64,000 bases of DNA from Naegleria gruberi (taxonomy: Eukaryota): assembly GCA_000004985.1 (NCBI GenBank), contig GG738905.1; one strand, given 5' to 3'. Below, one piece after another: positions 32,416 to 44,341 of the stretch (its first letter is position 1; the number at the start of each line of letters is the position of its first letter). Position numbers and translations under genes: made by a program. The notes under the pieces are model-generated. The model ran no database searches. It worked only from the letters and a program-made list of their open reading frames with translations, and had not been told where the DNA came from.

Positions 32416-33672
32416 ATGTCTACAACAACTAATTACACTGCTGAACAATATTCATTGAAAATCAATGGTCTTGAAAATCTTCCTCAAATCAATGAAACTA
32501 AATCTAATAGAGTCGATGAACTGACTAACATGATTTTGAATGAACTGAAAATTAATCAACTCTTTCCAAACGCTCAACTCAAAACTGCCATTCAATATGT
32601 TTCCACTGTCTTCCAACAATGTAAATTCCCAAACAATGACTATCATACTAAAGGAATCAAGGATGTTTGCTTCTGGACATGTCTGTGTTTCCCTGAACTT
32701 GATTCCACAACCCTCAATCTATATTCATTGATCATGTCCTACTTGTCTGTGGTTGATGATGCCTGTGATTCTGAAAAGGATATTGATGGTTTTTTAAGAG
32801 CTGAATTACAAACACATATTAATTGTTTGAATAATAATGAAAAATGTACAAACCAACAATCTAATCCATCTATTGAACTTGCTCGTTTCATTATTAGCCA
32901 AATCAAGAGTGTATTCAATTGTGAGCAATCCAATTATTTGATTCAGGGAATGGTTGAATTCTATGAACATTCCTATCAAATTGCCTCAATGTGGGCAAAT
33001 GACCAACATCCAACACTGGAACAATACATTCAATTGCGAGAATATGATTCATTGACAGATATGCTTCTCAAATTGAAGTTAGTCACCAACATGCCATCCC
33101 TTAATCTTGGCTTATCTAGATATTTCCAATTGTGTTGTCATTTATCTTCGATGATTAATGACATTTGTTCACTCCCAAAAGATTTACATTCATCCATCTC
33201 GAATAACTATGTTCTTCTCCTTAACAATCAAACAGTTAACATGGAATATGCCTTGACTAACTGTATCGAAGTATTGAAAGAAATGAAGAGTTTGGAACAG
33301 ACAGAATGTGAACAATACCATGATTTAGAATCAATGAAATCAATAGCAAGAGGATACGTTGGTTGGTGTTTCAAATCTCCTCGTTTCCAACATGCCAATC
33401 ACTACATTTCCTGTCTCTTGAAAGACAATTCATCAGCATCATGTTTCATCCTCCTCTTCGTGTATTACCACACAGAGAAAGGAAGACACTCCAATCACCT
33501 ACTTGGATGTAATCATGAGGAGACAAGCCTTCACCAGAGAAGTAAAATCAACAACAACAGCTACAACAACACCATCATCAGGAGAAGTAGTTGTAGACTT
33601 GAAGTCTCCAATCAGTCCGGGAAGAAACACTGCCATCTAAGAAGAAATTTGGATGAAGCAATCTTTTTGTAA
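32416..33672 (+). CDS. microbial-type class I terpene synthase-like protein (the C-terminal ~70 aa of the ORF are doubtful)
   Basis: An Asp-rich motif VVDDACD (DDxxD) and a downstream MINDICSLPKD (NDxxSxxxD/E, NSE/DTE-like) are spaced as in class I terpene cyclases. The low-complexity tail suggests a missed intron or frameshift. Confidence 0.4.
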   Translation: MSTTTNYTAEQYSLKINGLENLPQINETKSNRVDELTNMILNELKINQLFPNAQLKTAIQYVSTVFQQCKFPNNDYHTKGIKDVCFWTCLCFPELDSTTLNLYSLIMSYLSVVDDACDSEKDIDGFLRAELQTHINCLNNNEKCTNQQSNPSIELARFIISQIKSVFNCEQSNYLIQGMVEFYEHSYQIASMWANDQHPTLEQYIQLREYDSLTDMLLKLKLVTNMPSLNLGLSRYFQLCCHLSSMINDICSLPKDLHSSISNNYVLLLNNQTVNMEYALTNCIEVLKEMKSLEQTECEQYHDLESMKSIARGYVGWCFKSPRFQHANHYISCLLKDNSSASCFILLFVYYHTEKGRHSNHLLGCNHEETSLHQRSKINNNSYNNTIIRRSSCRLEVSNQSGKKHCHLRRNLDEAIFL

Positions 33673-34594
33673 ATATTAAATTGTATTATTATTGTTATTA
33701 TTCCTTTCAATTTATATCTTCTTAAACGTTGATGATGAGAAGAAACAAGGCTATGTGTTGGACAAATACTTTGAGAATGATATGCTGATTCACTAATCAT
33801 TGTACTTCCAAGCTCAGTGCATCATACATACCATATGTATTCTTGCCGATAATGGTAATTCTCTTCTTCGACCTTTAGATAATCATGTTGTTATGCCATC
33901 ATAAAGCTTCTAAATTTTTTAAAATATTATCGATAAAACATATTTTTATTTAATAAAAAATTGAAAACATTTCTACTAACACATTGCCATGTCATTCTTT
34001 ATCATCACAACTTCGGAGCAATAATGATTAGAATACTACCTGCCATCCGACTTTAATGTATCATGTTAAAAGCTCTTCAATCCTATAAACAATCTATTGG
34101 AAGGAGATACCAGCTCTACTAGAGAATAAAAGCATCCATCATGATTATTTCAAATAATCAAACAGCAGTGTTCGTCTCTTACCATCATCATTAACATTCA
34201 ATCGAGTTGAGAACCTAACCATTGATGTTCTTGTGAATGTGTTAATTATAATAATAAATCTAACCTTGTTCATTAATCTTATTGTTGTCAATCTTGAAAT
34301 CAAGTGAAAAAGTCCAACATGACTGCAAAACCAAACAGTATAATGTTGTTTGATGTATGTACATCAAACAGATCAGCTCGCCAGTCTAGACTATTCATCA
34401 TTAACCTTTTTATTTTTTGTAAACTTTTTCATCCAATAATTTTTTTTCACAGAGTGGATCCAAATTTTATAACGTAATTATTTTGGTCTTCCGTTACTTT
34501 TTCCAAAAGGCGGTGGACTTGTCGATAACTTATTTAAAGACTGGAAATATTTTCAAATCAAAAAAAACAACAACTAATCAAACAACAAAACTAA

Positions 34595-34915
<321 letters not shown>

Positions 34916-35144
34916 GTACATTAGCTGTACTTGATCTGTTAATCATCAAACGATCTAACTTTTAAAAACCCTAGATTTGTAAATATATTCATCATCAAAC
35001 AACAATTAAATTATAATTTAAAAATTAATTTTAATTTGATTTTTTTGGATTAATGACAATTATAATGTGAATGAAGCCTTCGGACGTTTTTGGAGATTAA
35101 CAATGAATGTGAATTCAATTGAGTTTATTAACACTGGAATAGAG

Positions 35145-36484
35145 TTATTCATCAAAAGGTATTGGAGGTTCGTCTATTGGTTCATCTTCAATAGGCATTG
35201 GAGGTTCATCTAATTCTTCCTCATCTTCAGGTGGTATTGGAATATCTTCATCCTCTTCTTCAGGAGGTATTGGTATTTCTTCTTCATCCTCTGGAGGTAT
35301 TGCTATATCACCCAATTCTTCATCGTCTTCTGGTGGTATTGGTATATCTTCATCATCCAATGCAACTGGTGTAATTTCCTCCTCTTCTGGTGGGATTGGT
35401 ATTTCTCTTCAATAATTGGATGTTCTTCATGAATGATTTCTTCTTCTGGTGGGATTGGTATTTCTTCTTCCTGTGGAGGAATTGGCAATTCGTCAAGCTC
35501 TAAAACGTCCTCAACTTGTGGAGTTTCTAATATTGTTGGCAGAGTTTCTTTAGGTTGTTGAGGTGGAGCTTTTCCAAGTTGAACTGGTGCCAAAACTGAA
35601 ACTCTTCTTCCAGCATCATCCAGTCTACTTGAAATTCTTCCAACAGGTGTCTTTTTTGGAGGTTGTTGCTGAGCTGGTTGAGAGATTCCCAAAGATTTCA
35701 TTCTATCCTTCAAACTTACACCTCCTGAATTTAATTCAGCTTGTTTCTTCTCCCTTTCCAATTGAGCTTTCTTTTCTTCCTCCTCTTTCAAACTTTCATA
35801 GTAACGTTGTTTTCTTTGGAAGAGGTACTTTCGTCTCACTCCTTGTAAGTGTTCCAAATCCTTTTCTCTTTTCAGAGTTTGTTCTCTAGCCTTCTCGAAT
35901 TCTTCCTTATTCTTTTCAATGTATTCTTTTTGTTCCTCTTCTATTTGTTCCTTTGATTTATCAAAAGCCTATTGAAATTTAGAAAGTATTATTCAATGTT
36001 AAATTGTGAATGATTACTAACCCTTGGAACATTATCTGTATATCCCATTTCCTTAAGCACATAATATACATTTCCTTCTTCATTCCAATCAACAAATTCC
36101 TCATATCCCTATAAATTAATATCAACATGACGAGTTGCTTAGAGAAAATCCGATATTGTTCAACCTACACCAATATAAATATCATTAATAAACACCTGTG
36201 GAAGTGTTCTCTTTCCACTTGTTTGTCTAACAAATTGTGCCTTTTCAGTGTGTTTTCCCAAATCCACTTTGTTATATCTTACATTAAGGGTTTTAAAAGT
36301 TTGTTCTAACCATTTGCAATGAGCAAGTGATTGTGGAACAGCTCCAATATAAGTTGTAAAAACTAAAGTTTATCAATAAATATATTCTCCAATCTGTTTA
36401 AAATTGTGATGATAACCAACCTACTAAAGGACATGGTTCTTCCTCAACCACTTCCTTCTTCACCTTCTTTTTCTTTCCAACCAT
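35145..36484 (-). CDS. SH3BGR-like thioredoxin-fold protein with a long Glu/Pro-rich repetitive tail; multi-exon, with an apparent 1-nt frameshift in the repeat region near 35390
   Basis: Exon 1 starts at ATG 36484 (MVGKKKKVKKEVVEEEPCPL). Later exons encode VFTTYIGAVPQSLAHCKWLEQTFKTLNVRYNKVDLGKHTEKAQFVRQTSGKRTLPQVFINDIYIG and GYEEFVDWNEEGNVYYVLKEMGY, which resemble SH3BGR/glutaredoxin-like proteins. There are three introns of 53-62 bp starting GT(A/T)GGT or GTTAGT. The tail carries IPIPPEEEE repeats, and the two ORFs 35303..35857 and 35145..35360 overlap out of frame. Confidence 0.45.
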
Positions 36485-36797
36485 TTTTTTTAATGATGAT
36501 AATTTTGTTCACCCCTTAATGTTATTTGGTCACTGTAAAACGGAACATTGTTTCTGAGATGACAATTGAGAGAAGGTGTTGTTTTAGAAATTATTATTTA
36601 TTCCTCCACCCAATTATTAATGTATTGATTTTGGTTCGGAAATTTATCTTGTCTCGTAGTGAGTGGCCTTAGTTTTTGAAATTTCCCATCTAAAGGTTAT
36701 GTGTGAGTAGTACAATTGTTAATTATTATTGACAAGAAAGTTGTTTGTTGGTGGTTTTAAAAAGTGATTTCTTGTCTGTGTGAATTTCACTAAAGAG

Positions 36798-37563
36798 TTT
36801 AAGCTTCATGACTGAGAATGTATGGGTTGACGACAGCTTTCACTTGCCAATCAGATTCAGTATTTTGTCTAAAGAATGAAACTATACCAATCTTGTGAAG
36901 AGGTGATCTCTTTCCACTAACAATATTTCCATCTTCATCTTCCAAGTAGAGAACTTCCTTGAATTTGTACTAATTGATTTAATAATGACAAGTGTTAAAT
37001 ATTGAACTTACTCTAACATTGATAATAGTTTCACCATCAGCATCAACTCTAATATTCAAAATTTCAGTTTCACCAAGGTTTTCAAGACTGCCAACTATTT
37101 TACAATGTTTTTCTTCGGTAATAAATTTGTACCATTCCTTGAATCCTTCATAAGCAGATTGAGTAAACATTGGTTCGAGTTGAGTTGGATCTTCAACGAG
37201 TAATTCTCTAATAGTTTTAAAGGCTTCCTTGGCTCCTTCAATAAATTCCTTTTCATTAAAATCAGCATCCCATCCCATCTTGTACAATTTCACATCATAT
37301 GAATATCCAGGATGTCTAGCCAAATCTGATGGCTCTACAGATGTTCCGAAAGAAAGCAACTCCAACATTCTTTTATCTTCATCCAAAACCTTTTCCAACT
37401 CGGTAAATTGTTTAAATAATTGTGGTTTCTTTTCGTTATTACAAATTGATGAAATATGGAATCCTCTCAAACTTGATGAAAAAGCAATAGTGCTCTTTGT
37501 AGTAGCTACAACTTGCTTGAATGTAGCTGGTGGTGAAATTTTACTGATGACTCTTCTGTACAT
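36798..37563 (-). CDS. mitochondrially targeted protein, Tim44-like/NTF2-fold (MRPL45/Mba1-like?), 2 exons
   Basis: The N-terminal MYRRVISKISPPATFKQVVATTKSTIAFSSSLRGF looks like a mitochondrial presequence. Exon 1 is 37563..37012. A 42-bp intron (GTAAGT...ATTAG) runs 36970..37011. Exon 2 (36969..36798) continues YKFKEVLYLEDEDGNIVSGKRSPLHKIG... Confidence 0.3.
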
Positions 37564-37691
37564 TTTTTAAGCTAAAAATATAAATTTCCTTCCATCATTA
37601 TTATTAATTCATAATTATAATAATATTTATTTAATTAATAATATTAATAATATCAAGTTTTATAATAAATTAATGTGGATTTATTTTACAA

Positions 37692-38077
37692 TTAAAAGTA
37701 TTGAATTGGGGAAGTTTGAGTTTCACCAGACTTGACTCCGTGCAAAGTCTTAGTACCAGAGAAGTGAGCATAAACTCTAACATGAATAACATCATCACCA
37801 GTATCAACTTTAACACTATTTAGATCGGAATATGTGAGATTAAACTGTATGTTGTGTTTTACTTACAAGTAATTAGTTCCGGCAACAACTTGAGTAGAAT
37901 ACTTTAAAGCTTCATATTTAGACAATGTCTTTCCAAGCTTTTGTTCGACTTCAGTCTTGACTGAATCAATAACTTGTTGAACTTCATTATCAGCAGTCTT
38001 TTCTTGACCAATTCTGAATGAATTGTTAATACGATCAAATTATTAAAACAAATTGATACAATACCCTCCAACGACCA
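37692..38077 (-). CDS. cystatin A/B (stefin) family cysteine-protease inhibitor, 3 exons
   Basis: MVVGG | IGQEKTADNEVQQVIDSVKTEVEQKLGKTLSKYEALKYSTQVVAGTNY | FVKVDTGDDVIHVRVYAHFSGTKTLHGVKSGETQTSPIQYF. The N-terminal Gly, the QVVAG motif and overall stefin collinearity are all present. The two introns are 51 bp each (GTATTG..CAG and GTAAGT..ATAG). Confidence 0.75.
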
Positions 38078-38292
38078 TTTTGAGATTTTTGAGATTTTTT
38101 TCTTGTTTGATTATTTTTGAAAATCTTGCCACGCAGTTTTAATATCTGTAAGAAATGTTACCACACAAGTAAGGTAAAAGGACAAAGTTCACTCATTCCC
38201 AACACAAGTTTAAGGCCAGGTTGTTGACAATCTCAACCAAGTTATAAAAAGGAAGCAACAAATCAATCTATATTGTAATAGACAAATAATTG

Positions 38293-38365
38293 TTTATGAG
38301 CAGCCCCGCTAGCTCAGTCGGTAGAGCGTTGGACTTTTAATCCAACGGTCGTGGGTTCGAGCCCC
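38293..38365 (+). tRNA. tRNA-Lys (anticodon UUU)
   Basis: GCCCCGCTAGCTCAGTCGGTAGAGCGTTGGACTTTTAATCCAACGGTCGTGGGTTCGAGCCCCACGTGGGGCG, followed by TTTTTT. Confidence 0.9.
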
Positions 38366-38418
38366 ACGTGGGGCGGTTGCAGCTTTTTTGTTGATTTCTT
38401 TGTGGGATGATTCATGTT

Positions 38419-39414
38419 TTATTCAAAAACACAGGTGATATCTGAAAAGATTTCACAACAGGATTCAAAAAGAGTAAATTCTTTCAATCTAATAAAATGG
38501 AGCATATCGCCATTAGCTCTTAACAATAATTTTGACCTATTATCAAATCCAATGAACGCTGTCTTGAACTCAATTAATTTATCCTCCAATATAATCATAT
38601 TATCTTTTAAAGTAACTAAATAGAATACGCTATCATACATCCCTGAATGTGCTTGTATCATAGGATAATACCAATCTACAGCAAGATAGATATAACCGCA
38701 TTCATCCTGAGCTACTGATTTCACTTGATGAATAGTTGTTCTCTTTAACTTGTTGAGCATCATTTGTTCAACATTGATTGTAGAACTTGTTTCAAAGGTC
38801 TTCTTGTCAATGTAACAAATCTCTGCTTTGGAAGAAATTGAAATAATTTGATTGGAATTCATCTTATTCATTTGCATGTGCGAAATTTTTTGAGGTGGAT
38901 TTAAGATTTTTCCTATTTCCTTACCATCACTCAAAGATAGTACAGTAATACCCTTGTCCACATATAAAAACATTTGATTATCATGATGATCGATACACCA
39001 TTTCATCGAATTTTGTTTCTCTGAAGGTATTGGAAAATTCCACGCCACTTGCACTTTGATATCTCTGCTCAAATTCCATCTCTCAAATCTCCCCTTACCC
39101 TTGTTGAATATGACCAATGAATCTTCATCAATGAAAGCAGCACTTGAGATGGAAACAACTGGATTTGTAAGCTTGAATTCTTTCATGTAAATCATATTCG
39201 TATTTTTAACTTGGGAAATTGAGAGAAGATATGAATTGACACTCAAAATTGAGAATGTCTGTTGATTGGCATGCATAGCCAAGACAGAATTTTTCAATAG
39301 TGTGTGCGGAGGAAAGATGATAGAACGTGTGTGTAGTGGAAGAGGGCTTCGTTTCGTTCGCGTTGGGAATATTGGTTTTGACATTTTTTTTTTGATTGAT
39401 ATTTCACCCAGCAA
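38419..39414 (-). CDS. hypothetical protein (331 aa)
   Basis: A long ORF with no recognisable motif, though beta-rich. Confidence 0.3.
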   Translation of the reverse strand: MLGEISIKKKMSKPIFPTRTKRSPLPLHTRSIIFPPHTLLKNSVLAMHANQQTFSILSVNSYLLSISQVKNTNMIYMKEFKLTNPVVSISSAAFIDEDSLVIFNKGKGRFERWNLSRDIKVQVAWNFPIPSEKQNSMKWCIDHHDNQMFLYVDKGITVLSLSDGKEIGKILNPPQKISHMQMNKMNSNQIISISSKAEICYIDKKTFETSSTINVEQMMLNKLKRTTIHQVKSVAQDECGYIYLAVDWYYPMIQAHSGMYDSVFYLVTLKDNMIILEDKLIEFKTAFIGFDNRSKLLLRANGDMLHFIRLKEFTLFESCCEIFSDITCVFE

Positions 39415-39564
39415 TTTTTAATGTACTACTTTCTTTGAAATTCTTAGAACTTTTCAATTTCTTTGTAACAATTTAAAAAAGTTTACAATTTATGAAAAGG
39501 AAAATAAAGTTCATCATTTGACAAAAAAATAATTGGCAACCAATTTTCTGTTACCTCTTCAGCA

Positions 39565-41025
39565 ATGCCGCAGCATATTTTCTCTGTATTATCATCGGAT
39601 AGTGTCTTTGATATTTGCAAATTTCTGAGTGCTTCCGATATTGTTTTTAATGTTCGATCGGTGTGTAGAGCCACTTATCAATGTATTAATATTCATCAAG
39701 AAGAAAATGGTGGTGAGGATAATACAAAATATGATGATCGATACATTAGGTTGATTGGATCAAATTTGGAGGGTTATGATGAATGTCTGGGAAAGTATTT
39801 GCATTTAGGAAGATTATTGAACGAGAGAGAATTGAGGATTGTTGAAAATTTGGATGGAGCAATTACTGATAGATATGAAAGAGCTAAAATTAAATTGAGA
39901 ATGTCTTTGAGATTCAAGTATATTGAAATGACTTTCAAACCATATGAGGATGGTCACTTTATGATTAGAGTGACTAGATCAGCGTTACAGGGATTTGATT
40001 CAAATCAAAAAGATACTAATCCTATTGTAGAACAATTTAATGATATATTGAGGAGATTTAAGGAAATATCACTCTATCGGACATTATATTCGAAATTGGT
40101 GAATGAAAATGATTATGTAGTTTTAATAGGAGTTTTTAATGAAGGAAAACCATTCATTAATGACTTACATTCCTTTAATTGTAATTTTGAGCAAAGAGAG
40201 GCTCTTAATCTTTCATTTGAAGGAAGATTGTTATCCCTTGCTTCTCAAAGGAGGTCTAATTATTGGAAACACTTTTCAGATTTTAGAATATTTTTGGAAA
40301 TTGTTGATTCTGTGCTTGGTCAAAATTATTTAGATGATATGAGCTCACATACAATTATAATGGTATCTCAACAAGAATTTATAATTCCAAATAGGACTTT
40401 AATTATTGATTTGAATAGCACATTTGATTATGGTATTGATGATAGGCAAATTAACAAAGTAAGAGATGTGCCATGTACATTACATTGCCGAGTTAATCCG
40501 TTCAATAGGCAACTTATTTATCAACCATCTATGATTGAACAAAGCATTACAATGAATCTTACAAGTATTGCCTTATTTTGTGGAATCGGACTTTATCTAG
40601 GAGGCTTACAGTATTTTACACGGATTCCATCGTTTAGATTTACCAGAGATTTATATTTTACCAAAGATTCAAATCAGATAATGCCATGGATTCTTATTGC
40701 TATAGATTGCTTACTTGGATTTTCTGCATCGTTATATTTTACTGGAACTGAATTTTTTGTGGAAGAAGGAGATTTAAAGAAATTGACTTACTATTCCTAT
40801 TTAGCAAAATGGATAGCTTGTGGTTTCGAATGTGGAGGAGATCCTTGGTCAATGATGAAATGTTTGCATTTACCACCATTAGAGATTGCTCATAACGTTG
40901 TTGGTTTTGGTAGTTTTGCTGCTCTAGGAATTATATTATACAATGAATTTGATACTCTCATTCAAGCAACAATGAGCTCATTTTCCTATTGGAAATCCAA
41001 ATATTTAGGTACTAAAAAAGAATAA
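39565..41025 (+). CDS. F-box-like protein with C-terminal transmembrane segments
   Basis: The N-terminal IFSVLSSDSVFDICKFLSASDIVFNVRSVCRATYQCI is F-box-like. The C-terminal third has 3-4 hydrophobic helices. Confidence 0.35.
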   Translation: MPQHIFSVLSSDSVFDICKFLSASDIVFNVRSVCRATYQCINIHQEENGGEDNTKYDDRYIRLIGSNLEGYDECLGKYLHLGRLLNERELRIVENLDGAITDRYERAKIKLRMSLRFKYIEMTFKPYEDGHFMIRVTRSALQGFDSNQKDTNPIVEQFNDILRRFKEISLYRTLYSKLVNENDYVVLIGVFNEGKPFINDLHSFNCNFEQREALNLSFEGRLLSLASQRRSNYWKHFSDFRIFLEIVDSVLGQNYLDDMSSHTIIMVSQQEFIIPNRTLIIDLNSTFDYGIDDRQINKVRDVPCTLHCRVNPFNRQLIYQPSMIEQSITMNLTSIALFCGIGLYLGGLQYFTRIPSFRFTRDLYFTKDSNQIMPWILIAIDCLLGFSASLYFTGTEFFVEEGDLKKLTYYSYLAKWIACGFECGGDPWSMMKCLHLPPLEIAHNVVGFGSFAALGIILYNEFDTLIQATMSSFSYWKSKYLGTKKE

Positions 41026-41177
41026 TTTATTGGCCAAACAACAGACAACTACATGAAAGCAATAACATACAAATGTAAATATTAATTTTTACACGTAATT
41101 ACATAGGAATACATTCAATTAGAGTATCCACACGAAATGAAGCAAAAAGATTAGATGTACATGGTTTGTTATTTCAC

Positions 41178-41253
41178 TTAATTATTAGACGGGAAGCCTG
41201 CCAGGAATATGGCGACTGTCCCGCTACAGTCTTTGACTGTATGAACTGTGAGG
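41178..41253 (+). repeat. conserved element R2, copy B
   Basis: The same sequence as 5325..5402, here ~200 bp upstream of the second tRNA-Glu. Confidence 0.5.
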
Positions 41254-41456
41254 TACGTCGTCTTTCGAGTCAGTAAGAGAGAGTGATTGGAGAAAGAGAG
41301 GATGAGTTAGTTCATTTATTGATTTTGAAATTGATCACCTAGATAAAAAGTATTTTGGGTAAAAAAATTCATAAATTGATCTCTAAGATATTGTTGACAA
41401 TAAGGCAAGACATCCGTTATTATAATATTAGGGAAATATTAAAATCAGTAGTGAGA

Positions 41457-41528
41457 TCCCGTGTAGTCCAATGGCTAGGATACCTGGCTTTCACCCAGGA
41501 GGTCCGGGTTCAATTCCCGGCATGGGAG
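41457..41528 (+). tRNA. tRNA-Glu (anticodon UUC), second copy
   Basis: Identical to 4751..4822 and on the same strand as that copy, even though the neighbouring Lys/Cys gene is inverted. Confidence 0.9.
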
Positions 41529-41539
41529 GATGTTTTGCC

Positions 41540-42905
41540 TTTTAATACCGACTTGCATCCTTTGTTGAAATTGTTTTGCAATAAGAGTTTGCTTTATTAA
41601 GGTATTATAAACATTTGAAAATAAGTATTTACAAAGATGGTTTGATGATTGGCTTTGATGACTTCTTACATGTCTTTCTCTTGATACAAATCTTCTTCTT
41701 AATTGACTTACAACACTTCTTCTTTCCACCAACTAATTTAAATTTCTTACAAATCTTCTTTCCCTTTGAACGTTTCAAGCACTTCTTATAATACTTCTTC
41801 TTGATACATCTTGGAGGAATGACAATTGTCTTGGCACAATACTTCTTCTTTTGATATTTGACACATTTAGAAAGAGTCTTCTTGTGCTTACAGAACTTGA
41901 TAATCTTATGTTTGGCACAGAAGAATTTCTTCTTAATGAGACAACATTTCTTAACTGATTTTCTTTCCTTACAATATTTAACCTTCTTATACTTGGCACA
42001 TTTCTTTGCCCATGAAACAATCTTACACTTTTTAACATATCTACATTTGGAAACCTTCTTATTGTAGGAATCAACAGTGTACTTGTCGCAAACCTTCTTC
42101 TTTTCACATTTTTTGATTGGAACCTTCTTGAATTTCTTACAGACCTTCTTAACACCCTTCTTGAAACACTTGTTAATAATCTTATGTTTGGCACAGTATT
42201 TCTTGTAACCCTTCTTGATGCAAATCTTCTTAGTTCCATAAGAATCACAAACTTTCCAATACTTCTTCTTGGCACAACCAACAATCTTGTATGCATGCAA
42301 GACGCACTTCTTTGTTGGCTTGCTATACTTGTCACATTTGGAATATTTCTTATGTTTGAGACATTTACCAGCACCGACAATGGCATATTGATCACAGACC
42401 TTCTTTTGACCAACGAGCTTGTGTTTTAAACACTTCTTAATCCACTTGTGCTTTAAGCATTTTCTCTTACAAATTCTTGGCTTGTGATACTTGTCAACAA
42501 CGACGACTGGAGGTTTGGCTTGATAGCTGTCACTTGCTTGAACTGAGAGGACTGCAAGTAAAAGTAGAAGTGCAATTGAAAAGATTAGATTTGCTTTCAT
42601 TTTTTGTTTTTGTTGGATGGAATAGTTCAATACATGGTGCTAATTTAAACCATTTCGAATAGTTTTTCATTTGGAACAAGCTCAAAAAAGTTGGATGTAA
42701 GGTTCCAAATTTGGATAGAAAACTGATTTCCCTAACCAAACTTCAATTTACTATTCAAATAATATCAACTCATCTTTCCAAAACTATTATCATAATCTCA
42801 AGGACTTGTTCTTCCATGATTTACGACCTTGTACATTTTTTAACTAAGGTATTATAGTAATTTCGAATAATTTGATTATTTATTTGATTCTGTCAATACA
42901 ATGCT
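41540..42905. repeat. right arm of the ~1.3-kb inverted duplication; partner of 3320..4640
   Basis: The reverse complement matches the left arm. The gene copies differ by a handful of substitutions and one 3-nt indel. Confidence 0.8.
41629..42600 (-). CDS. secreted Lys/Cys-rich basic protein (copy 2)
   Basis: About 98% identical to copy 1. The differences are N->S, KHCK->RICK, a KKYCAKHKTIKF->KKFFCAKHKIIKF indel, and I->T. Confidence 0.6.
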   Translation of the reverse strand: MKANLIFSIALLLLLAVLSVQASDSYQAKPPVVVVDKYHKPRICKRKCLKHKWIKKCLKHKLVGQKKVCDQYAIVGAGKCLKHKKYSKCDKYSKPTKKCVLHAYKIVGCAKKKYWKVCDSYGTKKICIKKGYKKYCAKHKIINKCFKKGVKKVCKKFKKVPIKKCEKKKVCDKYTVDSYNKKVSKCRYVKKCKIVSWAKKCAKYKKVKYCKERKSVKKCCLIKKKFFCAKHKIIKFCKHKKTLSKCVKYQKKKYCAKTIVIPPRCIKKKYYKKCLKRSKGKKICKKFKLVGGKKKCCKSIKKKICIKRKTCKKSSKPIIKPSL

Positions 42906-43216
42906 TCATTAGGGTGATCAAACTAAAACACCTATTGGGAAAGCTAGGTATCCTAGCCATTGCACTACTTCTTCAAAATGTAACTATTTCATTAAAATAT
43001 CGGTTGTTTTAATATTTGTATCTAAAGTGTTCGATAAGTTTAAAGAAATAGGTCTGATTGTTATCAAACAGTAAAGCACTTGCAAATAATTCTGAAGATT
43101 TTAAAAGGATAGAGGTTGCATTCCTCAAAAACTAATTAATTCTTCTTTGATAATTATTGTAAACTCATACAATCAATTTTAAAATTACAATCAATTCCGA
43201 AAAACAATTAAAAAAA

Positions 43217-43994
43217 ATGGCCACAGCACAATACACTGTCCTTCTCACAGGAGCCTCCAGAGGAATTGGCTTACATTTAACAAAACATCTTCTCCTCGGA
43301 GGAAAAACAGTTTACGCCACCTGTAGAGATCCATCCAATGCCAAATCATTACAACAATTAAAAGAAGAATATTCCGAAAAGTTGATTATTGAAGCCTTGA
43401 CTGTCAATGATGAAGAAAGTATTAAAACATTGGTTGAAAAATTGAGGAATAATAATCGTACATTTAATGTATTAATTAATAATGCTGGAATTTATTCTAC
43501 AATGCAAAAGGAAACTTTACTGAATTCTACTAAATCTTCCATGTTGGGTACTTTTGAAGTCAACTGTGTTGCTCCAATGTTAATTACTCAACATTTGTAT
43601 AATGCTAAATTATTGGAAAAGAATGCATTAATTGTAAATATTTCAAGTATTATGGGATCTATTCAGGGAACTACTCAAGCCAAACGTGGAGTGAGTTATT
43701 GTTGCTCTAAGGCTGCTCTCAATATGTTTACAAAGATGGTTAGTATTGAATTGCCAAATGTATGTTCCATTTCTGTCCATCCTGGATGGGTAATTACAGG
43801 TAAGTGTTCTTAATACATTGCTTAATAATAATAATAATAATTGAATGTGTATCATTTCAGATATGGGAGGAGAGAATGCACCTGTTCAACCAGATGAAAG
43901 TGCCTCAGGTATTGTTAAATTAATTGATACTTTTGATCCAAAAACTCAAAATGGAGCATTCTTACAATATGATGGAACTGTTTTAGATTGGTAA
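43217..43994 (+). CDS. short-chain dehydrogenase/reductase (C-factor/sniffer-like carbonyl reductase type), 2 exons
   Basis: TGASRGIG (a glycine-rich NAD(P) site), NNAG, S..YCCSKAAL (YxxxK) and VHPGWVITDMGG spanning the splice junction. The intron is 43800..43860 (61 bp, GTAAGT..TTTCAG). Exon 2 runs 43861..43994. Confidence 0.75.
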
Positions 43995-44341
43995 ACCTTT
44001 CAATAAAAACCTCAACTATTTAGCTTGTGAAATAATCATTCCATTTACGAAGAAGAATTTCCTATTTTTCTTGGTAATAAAAAAATGTTAAGAATTGATC
44101 GTGTTTTGAGTGGGATGGGTATGTTTTGCATTTAAAAGGCGACGATTAATGATTATATAAAAGGAATTTGTTCTCGGAGTGATGTTATTGTACGTGAACT
44201 TGAGTTTTAAAATTGCCAATAATTAATTTTCAATTTTTCCAATAATTTATTATTTAATACTATATTATTTAATAATATATTTATATTAATATTGGAAAAT
44301 ATGATGAATTTATATAGCACTATATTCGCAAGAATGAAGTA

